DNA of 20,074 nucleotides, from IMG/VR virus record IMGVR_UViG_2663763227_000012; one strand, given 5' to 3'. How positions within the stretch are numbered: the first letter of the stretch is position 1; each line of letters opens with the position of its first letter. Shown one piece after another: positions 1 through 7,262 of this stretch. A model generated the notes under the pieces. It had not been told where the DNA came from, did not search any database, and saw only the letters and a program-made list of their open reading frames with translations. The DNA comes from a virus (Duplodnaviria > Heunggongvirae > Uroviricota > Caudoviricetes). Position numbers and translations under genes: made by a program.

Positions 1-57
1 TACCAATAACGGCGAGTAAGTAGTACGCATCTTACCTCTTTTTTAGAGATAACCATT

Positions 58-177
58 ATGACAATAGAAAAACACGAAAGAAGCACTAAGGATTTGGTGA
101 AAGCAGCAGTATCGGGATGGCTGGGCACTGCGCTTGAATTTTATGGATTTCAAGAGTCATGCGTGTTAACTATTTGA
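58..177 (+). pseudogene. Possible 5' fragment of a host transporter gene truncated at the prophage junction
   Basis: ATG at 58, 39 codons to TGA at 175-177 (MTIEKHERSTKDLVKAAVSGWLGTALEFYGFQESCVLTI). The GTALEFY segment resembles the N-terminal signature of MHS-type transporters, then the frame ends within a few codons. Below the 60-aa ORF-track cutoff; read by hand. Confidence 0.25.
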
Positions 178-188
178 TAAATATTAAA

Positions 189-1484
189 TTAATTTTTCAT
201 TGCTTCGTTATGGGGCATGGTTGGGGCAAACTCGCTTAACTGTGTATTTAACAAAGCTACCTGTGCATTATTGTTTTCAGACATCCATTTTCCGTATACC
301 TGAAATACCATTTGCGCATCTGCATGGCCCATCTGGTTTGCTATAAATGCCGGGTTAGCACCAGCTGTCAGCGACCAGCAGGCATAAGTATGTCTCGACT
401 GATATGATTTTCGATGGCGGAGTCCGGCACGTTTTATCGCTGCGTCCCACATCTGCCTTATTGAGTCAACGGTAAAATGGTCACCATAATTTTTTACTCT
501 CGCTGACACTTCAGGTTGAAAAACAAAGGTGCATTTTTGTTTTTCTGTTCTGCCATACTCTCTGAGGTGAACATCAATGATATGCTCTTTGCTCAGTCTC
601 GTTAATGTCATCTGACTCCGGAGAGCGTCGATTGCTGGCTTAATAAGATGAATGACCCGATTGGTTCCCGCCTGTGTTTTTGGTACCGTGAAACGGTCTT
701 TTGCTAAATTTCTCCTGATCATCATTGTTCCATTTTTCAGATCTATGTCCTCCCATCCAAGTGCACACAGCTCACCAGGGCGAACTCCAGTATAAACAGA
801 AACACACCATAAATTTTTTGCTTGCTGATTTCTGCACGCATCGATAAGACGGATAAATTCTTCCCGCGAAAGAGGATCCGGAATGGTTCTTGATTCCTTT
901 AATGGCGAGATCCCCTTAAACGGATTATCTGCCAGGTAACCGTTATCAACACCAAACTGGAACACGGCGTTAAGATTTGTCATGTAATTATTTACAGTTA
1001 CAGCCGATCTCCCTGGTTGTGTAACAATATAGTTACTTTTGGGGATCTGGTATCCAGTCAGTAACTCTTTACGAACCTCCAGTAATTTTTCTTTATTAAT
1101 CGATGAGGCAAGATTTTTTTCACCGATTATGCTCAGGATATTTTTGATGACGGCACGGTATGTGTTGAGTGATGTTTTGGCGACTTCAGTTTCTTTCAGT
1201 GCCAGAAATTTTTCAGCCAGTTCTTTTATGGTTAAATCTTGTCGGGCCTCACCAAATTTTTCCAGATTGCGTGAGGAGGGAAACTGTTTTGCATAGTCGA
1301 AAACACCAGTTTTTATTGCGTAACAAACAGAGGAGCGTAGTTCACCTGCAACGCGCCTGTTTTTTGCTGTGTCAGGAACCCCCAGATTTTCCCTGACTCT
1401 TACGTCTTTATAAACAAACCAGATACGTAATTTCCCTCCATGGTTTTCCACGCCTGTCGGATATTTCATTTCAACTTCTCTCAT
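189..1484 (-). CDS. int: Phage tyrosine integrase (site-specific recombinase)
   Basis: 431-aa ORF with a C-terminal catalytic region containing R..H..R..H..Y-type residues (LRHRKSYQSRHTYACW). Sits at the prophage edge next to an excisionase-like gene. Confidence 0.9.
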   Translation of the reverse strand: MREVEMKYPTGVENHGGKLRIWFVYKDVRVRENLGVPDTAKNRRVAGELRSSVCYAIKTGVFDYAKQFPSSRNLEKFGEARQDLTIKELAEKFLALKETEVAKTSLNTYRAVIKNILSIIGEKNLASSINKEKLLEVRKELLTGYQIPKSNYIVTQPGRSAVTVNNYMTNLNAVFQFGVDNGYLADNPFKGISPLKESRTIPDPLSREEFIRLIDACRNQQAKNLWCVSVYTGVRPGELCALGWEDIDLKNGTMMIRRNLAKDRFTVPKTQAGTNRVIHLIKPAIDALRSQMTLTRLSKEHIIDVHLREYGRTEKQKCTFVFQPEVSARVKNYGDHFTVDSIRQMWDAAIKRAGLRHRKSYQSRHTYACWSLTAGANPAFIANQMGHADAQMVFQVYGKWMSENNNAQVALLNTQLSEFAPTMPHNEAMKN

Positions 1485-1503
1485 TAGTTAGTGTGGTTTT
1501 TAG

Positions 1504-1755
1504 TCAAGTAAGATGACGTCTTGGTCTCGCTGATGCCTGGCGCTCAATCCAGCGATCAATTTCTTCCAGGTTGTAAAAGCATGGACTGTTATCCCATGGC
1601 ATACCGTCATGAGCGACATGCTTATATTCCCTTCCTTCCATAAACGATTTTTCCCGGGCCTTTTTTAACGTACCTTTTTTTATTCCTTTCAGCGCAATTA
1701 ACTGCTCTTCGGATACCCATTTGCCGGGAGAGACAATCATGATTACTTCGCTCAT
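1504..1755 (-). CDS. xis: Excisionase-like small DNA-binding protein
   Basis: 83-aa basic ORF immediately upstream of int on the same strand, the usual lambdoid xis position. Start codon uncertain (alternative internal Met). Confidence 0.55.
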   Translation of the reverse strand: MSEVIMIVSPGKWVSEEQLIALKGIKKGTLKKAREKSFMEGREYKHVAHDGMPWDNSPCFYNLEEIDRWIERQASARPRRHLT

Positions 1756-1827
1756 CGATTTCTTTATCTCTTACATCAGACGAGCGCCGGTTGCAGAATA
1801 CCAGTCACAACCGGCGACAGTTGAACA

Positions 1828-4299
1828 TTAAGAATCAGCCTGACTCGGGATCAGTTTTTGCCAGATAACTGAAACGTATTTTGCCTGGTAACGGGCGTCA
1901 TCAAGTGCATTATGGCGCTCACCTTCGAATGGAATAGCCGTTCTGGCATCGAAGTCTATGGCTTTCCCCAGCTCAACGATTGTGCGTACATCGCGATCGT
2001 TGTAGTAACGCCACGGGCAGGGGATCCCCTGCCGTTCGTATGAACGGCGCAAAATCGTGTTGTCGAAGTTGGCTCCATTTCCCCAAACCTGAACAAAAAA
2101 TTCACCGGAGTTTTCGTCGATAAATTCTCGCAATTGTAACAGTGCATCATCTAACGGGATTTCATCGGTCATAATGGCAGATTGCGCTTCGCGTGATTGC
2201 TTAAGCCACCATTTAATGGTGTCCCGATCAATGACTCCGCCAGCAGTTTCCAGATCGATAGTCTTACTAAATTCCGGTCCCATATCTCCGGTTTGCGGAT
2301 CGAAAAATATTGCACCTATTGAGATGATCGGGGCATCAGGATTTTTTCCCATGGTTTCAAGGTCGATCATTAGATGGTCACACGTCCTGCTGGTGGATGT
2401 GATTTCGTGATGACCGTTCACCTTAATTGGGTGATCTGCCGTCTCGCCAGTTTCATTATCGCTATTGTGATGCTGATTGCCGCCAGTGTTCTCCTTGTGT
2501 GGATGTTCAGCGCCTTCCATTTCCTCCGGATCATCTTCCTGAACTTCAACCTGATACTCTTCATCGAATGTTTCTTGGTATGTTGCGTCGCCCATCACCG
2601 CGCCACAATCAGGGCAGTTGCCGCCGCCGGTCTGACCGCAGGCGGTGCAGACTTTTTCCACTTCCTGTTGCGCTACTGGTTCAGGCTGTTTCGTTTCTGG
2701 CTCGTTTTGTAACGCATTTGGACTGTTTTGTTCCGCTTTTTGGTAGTTCCGTTCCGATTCATGCTGGTTCTGGTTCACAGAATCGCGGGTCTGGAGCCCC
2801 TTAACCCATTTCGGATCATTCGGGTCACTAATCCCTTCAACAAATTCACCACGTGATGCAGCAAGCAACTTATCGGCGTCAGGCTGGCTGATATTGGCTG
2901 CCTGCATAATTTTGTTTACTTCGTCAGCGGTAACTTTTATCGGCTCTGGTTGTTCTGAATCTTCAGCGGTATCTACATTTTGCGGTAAGCCCGTGTATGT
3001 GCCATTTTTTCGGGCAAAATATTCTTCTTTTGTGATTTCAGTGGCGCCAGCAGCCAGTGCCTTATCCAGACCAGAGAGTTTGTTTGCGCGACCGTATTTT
3101 TCTCCGTCCTTATCTGCGAAGAGGAAATAGAACGGCCCCTCACGCTCTACAGATGGTTCAGCTTCCGGCGCGGTTTCATTTTTTGGGATATCAGATACCT
3201 CAGTTTCCACTGCATCAGTTTGTGTTTCTGATGACTGGAGAACATCAACAGTGCCCAGGTCTGTTTCTTCATTCTCAAACACGCCCTTTGTCGTCAGGTA
3301 TTCGCAGATATATTTGTTCAGTGCTACGGGATCTTTGTGAATGTCGATCGGACGCTCACGGACAAGGCCAAAAATAGTTTGGCGGTCGTAGCGAAGGGCA
3401 TCAGGCTGTTTGCGCATTGATGCCGAGATACGCTTCCAGTCTTCGCGGTCGTTGTCGATAACTTCTTTTTTTGCCCAGCGATGGATGCTGCCGTCAATGT
3501 TTCCGGCATCCACATCACTAGGCCAGAGAGCGTAGGCCAGTTCGTCATCCAGTGTTTTCCATGTCTGCTTGTATTCGCGATGAATGGCAGCAATGACCGG
3601 GCTGATTTTTCCTGTTGAATTTTCAGTGTACTGTTGATTGGCTCTGGCGCGGGCGAGATCAACAACAGACGTGTATTTTCCGGTTTCCTTGCGTTCACCT
3701 TCGCGACGTTTTTTCCAGATGCGCATCTCTGCCTGAATTTCGGGCCATTTGGCACCAGGCTTACATTTATGCTTAACCCACCCGATGGCATGCAGCTTAA
3801 GCTCCGGATACATGGCGTTAACTTCTGGCATTTTCATCAACGCTTCAACGATATGTCCGTCGAATGTTGCCATGTCTTCCTGCAACAATTCCTGCGCGCT
3901 AATCACCATATCAACGGTGATGTTTTCACATGTGTCGAACTTAACCATGACAGCGTTCTGTACTTCAGGGGCCAGCTTGTCAAAAGTGACGTTCATCGGA
4001 TCGGATTCAGTCTCAACCGGGACAAAAGAAGCAGACTCCTCATCCCAGCGGTTTTCCTGCATATATTCAGCATCCCATGAATCGAGGGCAGGGCGGGGTA
4101 TGCCAGGTTTATCCTCGCAGACAATAAATTTATAAGCGCAGTCCTGAGCAGCCGGATAATGTTCCAGGAATTGCCAGTGAAATTTTGCTCGAGCACGGCG
4201 TTCGTCGCCAGCTTCAATGGCTGTGGCTACAGCCACAGCGCCTTCTTCCCTTGTTGCCAGTTCGTCAGGAATAGCGGCGCAAATAAAGACTTTACTCAT
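1828..4299 (-). CDS. Large prophage protein with C-terminal DnaQ-like DEDDh 3'-5' exonuclease domain and a CxxC-x7-CxxC zinc ribbon
   Basis: ORF 1828..4335 (track starts at a TTG); I prefer the ATG at 4299 (MSKVFICAAIPDE...), which has a GAGG about 10 nt upstream. Exo I (MIDLETMG), Exo II (VWGNGANFD) and Exo III (HNALDDARY) motifs lie in the last ~185 aa (nt ~1831-2390). Zinc ribbon VCTACGQTGGGNCPDCG at nt ~2599-2655. N-terminus resembles the K-12 Qin ydfE fragment from memory. Confidence 0.75.
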   Translation of the reverse strand: MSKVFICAAIPDELATREEGAVAVATAIEAGDERRARAKFHWQFLEHYPAAQDCAYKFIVCEDKPGIPRPALDSWDAEYMQENRWDEESASFVPVETESDPMNVTFDKLAPEVQNAVMVKFDTCENITVDMVISAQELLQEDMATFDGHIVEALMKMPEVNAMYPELKLHAIGWVKHKCKPGAKWPEIQAEMRIWKKRREGERKETGKYTSVVDLARARANQQYTENSTGKISPVIAAIHREYKQTWKTLDDELAYALWPSDVDAGNIDGSIHRWAKKEVIDNDREDWKRISASMRKQPDALRYDRQTIFGLVRERPIDIHKDPVALNKYICEYLTTKGVFENEETDLGTVDVLQSSETQTDAVETEVSDIPKNETAPEAEPSVEREGPFYFLFADKDGEKYGRANKLSGLDKALAAGATEITKEEYFARKNGTYTGLPQNVDTAEDSEQPEPIKVTADEVNKIMQAANISQPDADKLLAASRGEFVEGISDPNDPKWVKGLQTRDSVNQNQHESERNYQKAEQNSPNALQNEPETKQPEPVAQQEVEKVCTACGQTGGGNCPDCGAVMGDATYQETFDEEYQVEVQEDDPEEMEGAEHPHKENTGGNQHHNSDNETGETADHPIKVNGHHEITSTSRTCDHLMIDLETMGKNPDAPIISIGAIFFDPQTGDMGPEFSKTIDLETAGGVIDRDTIKWWLKQSREAQSAIMTDEIPLDDALLQLREFIDENSGEFFVQVWGNGANFDNTILRRSYERQGIPCPWRYYNDRDVRTIVELGKAIDFDARTAIPFEGERHNALDDARYQAKYVSVIWQKLIPSQADS

Positions 4300-4391
4300 T
4301 TGTTTTAACCTCATGACAGATTTAAGGATGAACAAATCCCTGCCATTGTTGGCATATAAGAATGAAACCGGATATTTATTACGGAACTGTT

Positions 4392-4583
4392 TTAAAGACC
4401 TGCCGGGATTTCGATATTATCCTGGTGAATAACTTTATCGACCGGGTAACAGTTACCGGGAATTTTCTGTTCGGTTGCTGCAGTCATACACTCCTGCATT
4501 GTCCTGTGAACACTGACTGCAATATCAACTGGCTCTCCGGAAACAAGAAAAACTGTCAGAACAAGCACAAATGCTGAATTCAT
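4392..4583 (-). CDS. ydfD: YdfD-like small secreted/membrane lysis protein
   Basis: 63 aa from internal Met (MNSAFVLVLTVFLVSGEPVD...), hydrophobic N-terminus. Overlaps the dicB stop by 4 nt; matches Qin YdfD as recalled. Confidence 0.8.
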   Translation of the reverse strand: MNSAFVLVLTVFLVSGEPVDIAVSVHRTMQECMTAATEQKIPGNCYPVDKVIHQDNIEIPAGL

Positions 4584-4768
4584 TGTGCACATCCTTTTGG
4601 CATCAGACGTAAACGAGCCAGCATTGAAACAATGCATATTTTATTTAATAGCTCCCGTTCTTGTTTTCTCTTGTTAATGGCATCTTCAGTAAATACTGGG
4701 TTACTGATAGTGACACCAATTTCAAAACAACCTTCAGACGTATTAACGTTTGGTAATAACGTTTTCAT
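4580..4768 (-). CDS. dicB: Cell-division inhibitor DicB
   Basis: 62 aa from internal Met of the 97-aa ORF (MKTLLPNVNTSEGCFEIGVTISNPVFTEDAINKRKQERELLNKICIVSMLARLRLMPKGCAQ). Sequence and position match DicB. Confidence 0.85.
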   Translation of the reverse strand: MKTLLPNVNTSEGCFEIGVTISNPVFTEDAINKRKQERELLNKICIVSMLARLRLMPKGCAQ

Positions 4769-4937
4769 TATCGCGTCCTCAACAATGAATTTTGTGATGC
4801 AGTGCCTGGTGCCTCCAGGTGACGTTAACCAGTTAACAATTAACGCCGGATACAGAGAATCCACCCATAACACTGTTTTTGGTTTTAACTGTTCCGCGTG
4901 CGCTTAGCCGCATTCACTGCATCACAAAATTCACTTT

Positions 4938-4995
4938 AAAAAGGGCGGCAGAGCAGTCACGGAGTAAAACTGATACCGCCAAACGTCACCAGAAA
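4938..4995 (-). ncRNA. dicF: DicF small regulatory RNA (ftsZ-targeting sRNA)
   Basis: Reverse complement of 4938-4995 reads TTTCTGGTGACGTTTGGCGGTATCAGTTTTACTCCGTGACTGCTCTGCCGCCCTTTTT, the DicF sequence with its terminal GC stem and U-tail. Lies between ydfC and dicB as in Qin. Confidence 0.85.
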
Positions 4996-5335
4996 ATTGA
5001 TAACAGAGGGCGTTGCAGCGGGGTTGTCACTTAAGCGTATGGTCAACCTGACAACCCGGTGTCCTCAACGGGGAAGGAATAACCCCGCCATACTTACCGC
5101 CGCGCCATTTCGCGGGTTGCCACAACCGGAAGCGCACGGTCGACGAAAATTTAACGACAGGCTATCTATGAACCAGCTACCTCGCCGTGCGCTTTCGCGT
5201 TATGGTCTGACTTTTCAGGGAAATATCCTTTCAGTAAACTGTCAGTTCCGGATGCGCACCCGTGTCCGGCGCACGCACTCCACCTCACCCGTGGAGAACT
5301 CCTTAATTACTAACCTTAGCTTTGTTGATTAGCTA

Positions 5336-5554
5336 CTAACGCGGGTATGTAATCATTCTGGCAATGCTTAATGCCGCTGCTTTTTCCAGATTGGTGATAT
5401 CCTGCTCCAGAGCGGACAGATTTTCAGCCTGCTTAGCCCTGGCTTCATTGGCCCATTTCAGATCCTGCGCTGCATTAATTTTCTGGCGCATCCACTCATA
5501 AAGTTCATCATCGGTATAGTCTGGCGCGATGATGACGGGTTCTCGTTTCTGCAT
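5336..5554 (-). CDS. ydfC: YdfC-like small protein of the dicB operon
   Basis: 72-aa ORF (MQKREPVIIAPDYTDDELYEWMRQKINAAQDLKWANEARAK...), same strand and order as the Qin dicB operon. Confidence 0.75.
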   Translation of the reverse strand: MQKREPVIIAPDYTDDELYEWMRQKINAAQDLKWANEARAKQAENLSALEQDITNLEKAAALSIARMITYPR

Positions 5555-5583
5555 ACTGATTCCTCGCGGTGCTGTTTCGCTTA

Positions 5584-5712
5584 TCAGCCGTTAGATTTTG
5601 CCGAACTGGAAAGCGCCTGTTTAAACTCACTGAAGCTGAGAGCTTCTTCGCCTTCGGCAAGGCCTTCGAAGTATTCTTCGTAAGCCTTTTCCATGATTGT
5701 GTCGAAATCCAT
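5584..5712 (-). CDS. ydfB: YdfB-like small acidic protein
   Basis: Hand-translated 42-aa ORF (MDFDTIMEKAYEEYFEGLAEGEEALSFSEFKQALSSSAKSNG), below the track cutoff. The track ORFs 5508..5717 and 5569..5766 overlap it in other frames. Confidence 0.7.
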   Translation of the reverse strand: MDFDTIMEKAYEEYFEGLAEGEEALSFSEFKQALSSSAKSNG

Positions 5713-5713
5713 A

Positions 5714-5869
5714 TCACTCACCTGAGTTTCTTTCCAGCCAGCGACGGGCACCATTTTCGGTTTTAAACGTTTTGCTTTTGGTATACGTCATTGCGGTGAA
5801 CGTGCCGTCCTGGTTTGGAAACACGCCGTACACCAGAGATTCGTTGTTGCCAAGATCGATAGTATCCAT
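5714..5869 (-). CDS. ydfA: YdfA-like small protein
   Basis: 51 aa from internal Met of ORF 5714..5947 (MDTIDLGNNESLVYGVFPNQDGTFTAMTYTKSKTFKTENGARRWLERNSGE). First gene after the promoter region downstream of dicA. Confidence 0.7.
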   Translation of the reverse strand: MDTIDLGNNESLVYGVFPNQDGTFTAMTYTKSKTFKTENGARRWLERNSGE

Positions 5870-5949
5870 GCTGACCTCATTTCCCCTTAACGCTGGGGTA
5901 GCGGAACTGTTTGCTGAGAACACCGTGCGGTGTGTTGATGCAAACAAGA

Positions 5950-6035
5950 TTAGCCATGACTAACATATCGGTCAAGTGATTTTGTATGCTATAGCTAACA
6001 TAATTGATGTGGTAAAAGATAACTCATTGATGATG
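5950..6035 (-). promoter_or_regulatory. Candidate promoter/operator region of the dicB operon
   Basis: Intergenic between the dicA stop (6036) and the ydfA start (5869). Contains TGACTAACAT (5957-5966) and TAGCTAACAT (5992-6001), related to the palindromes in the dicA-dicC intergenic region, plus a hairpin AGATAAC-N11-GTTATCT (6017-6041) overlapping the dicA stop. Confidence 0.35.
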
Positions 6036-6443
6036 TTATCTTTTATTTGTCCGCTGACGGGCTTTTAGTAATTCTTCAAAGAGTTTATTGAAGTTTTTTA
6101 CTCGAGCTCGCATTTCGGCGAGCTGGGTATCCTGTTCTGATTCTGGCAGTGCATTAAACAGCTCAAGGAGCTCTAGTTCTTTGGGGGATAAGGCAACTGG
6201 CTTCTCAACAGGTGGTGTTGGTTGCTTGTCTTCATCGCCAAATAGAATCCATGTTGGTGAGCATTGCAATACTTTGCTGAGGGCAAAAAGGTTCTTCCCT
6301 GTAGGTTCACTATCACCCCGTTCCCATTGTGATACAGACACATGGGAGATTTTCAGGGCTTTAGCAAGAGACCTTTGGGTGTGTTTGAGGTTTTTCCGAC
6401 GATACCTGATGCGTTCGCCGATAGTTAAATTTTTTGTTTCCAT
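6036..6443 (-). CDS. dicA: Prophage repressor DicA (HTH_XRE, c2/cI-like)
   Basis: 135-aa ORF (METKNLTIGERIRYRRKNLKHTQRSLAKALKISHVSVSQWERGDSEPT...) with an N-terminal HTH, divergent from dicC. Confidence 0.9.
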   Translation of the reverse strand: METKNLTIGERIRYRRKNLKHTQRSLAKALKISHVSVSQWERGDSEPTGKNLFALSKVLQCSPTWILFGDEDKQPTPPVEKPVALSPKELELLELFNALPESEQDTQLAEMRARVKNFNKLFEELLKARQRTNKR

Positions 6444-6526
6444 AGTTAGCTAATGCTAAATCGTATTGACTATGTTTTTGTTAACATCTATCTTGTTAGT
6501 TATGACTAACAATAAAGGTGTTTTAA
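6444..6526. promoter_or_regulatory. Divergent dicA/dicC promoter-operator region
   Basis: 83-bp intergenic region with palindrome TTAGCTAA (6446-6453) and a perfect 8-bp inverted repeat TTGTTAGT-tatg-ACTAACAA (6493-6512), plus a TTGACT hexamer near 6469. Confidence 0.55.
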
Positions 6527-6757
6527 ATGCTTAAAACTGACGCTCTTTTGTATTTCGGTTCAAAAACAAAACTTGCACAAGCAGCAGGTATTCGTTTGGC
6601 TTCGCTTTATAGCTGGAAAGGGGATTTAGTTCCCGAAGGTCGCGCGATGCGTCTACAGGAGGCATCTGGCGGGGAGCTTCAGTATGATCCCAAAGTTTAT
6701 GATGAATATCGTAAGACGAAGCGGGCGGGGCGGTTGAACAATGAAAATCACTCCTGA
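6527..6757 (+). CDS. dicC: Cro-like regulator DicC
   Basis: 76-aa ORF (MLKTDALLYFGSKTKLAQAAGIRLASLYSWKGDLVPEGRAMRLQEASGGELQYDPKVYDEYRKTKRAGRLNNENHS), divergent from dicA. Confidence 0.85.
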   Translation: MLKTDALLYFGSKTKLAQAAGIRLASLYSWKGDLVPEGRAMRLQEASGGELQYDPKVYDEYRKTKRAGRLNNENHS

Positions 6758-7262
6758 ACAGGCTCGTGAGGCTCTGGATGCCTGGATATGTCGACCAGGA
6801 ATGACACAGGAGCAGGCGACGATATTAATCACTGAAGCATTCTGGGCTTTGAAAGAGCGCCCGAACATCGATGTTCAGCGTGTCACATATGAAGGTGGCG
6901 CGATTGATCAGCGAGCGCTTGGCGTTAATCGAGTGAAGATATTTGAACGCTGGAAGGCTATCGACACCAGGGATAAGCGTGAAAAGTTCACGGCGCTAGT
7001 GCCTGCAATTATGGAGGCTATCCGGATTAATGATTTCAGGTTGTATCGTGAAATTACTGACGGAAAAAGCATCACGTGCATGATCGCCGGGTTAAACAAA
7101 GAATATGGCGATGTGGTGGAGTCCGGACTGCTTTTTGCTGATCCTGCCGTAGTGGATCGTGAAACTGACGAACTTATAGAAAAAGCAATTGCTTTCAAAC
7201 TTGCGTATCGACAGCAATACCAACAAAAAGCTGGATGGAATTATGAGCCTTCTTTTTGCTGA
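6741..7262 (+). CDS. YdaT-like early protein (CII-position regulator family)
   Basis: 173-aa ORF overlapping the dicC 3' end. The central segment (ERWKAIDTRDKREKFTALVPAIMEAI) resembles the conserved core of Rac YdaT as recalled. Confidence 0.6.
   Translation: MKITPEQAREALDAWICRPGMTQEQATILITEAFWALKERPNIDVQRVTYEGGAIDQRALGVNRVKIFERWKAIDTRDKREKFTALVPAIMEAIRINDFRLYREITDGKSITCMIAGLNKEYGDVVESGLLFADPAVVDRETDELIEKAIAFKLAYRQQYQQKAGWNYEPSFC

Noticed and set aside
1039-1396. Plus-strand ORFs 1039..1296 and 1169..1396 inside the integrase
   Set aside because: Antisense to a well-supported integrase gene, with no motifs or translation signals.
1956-4217. Many 60-155-aa ORFs on both strands inside the large exonuclease gene (e.g. 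2174..2410, 2374..2712, 2427..2804, 3324..3791, 3634..4080, 3749..4135)
   Set aside because: All are nested within or antisense to an 823-aa ORF with recognisable domains, have no RBS support and odd composition; they are frame artefacts of a long gene.
5508-5766. Track ORFs 5508..5717 (-) and 5569..5766 (+) overlapping the ydfB/ydfA region
   Set aside because: The hand-read 42-aa and 51-aa frames match the expected dicB-operon small genes and have proper starts; the longer track ORFs are alternative-frame artefacts.
6088-6453. 121-aa plus-strand ORF antisense to dicA
   Set aside because: It is the mirror frame of a strongly supported HTH repressor gene, Ser-rich and low-complexity.
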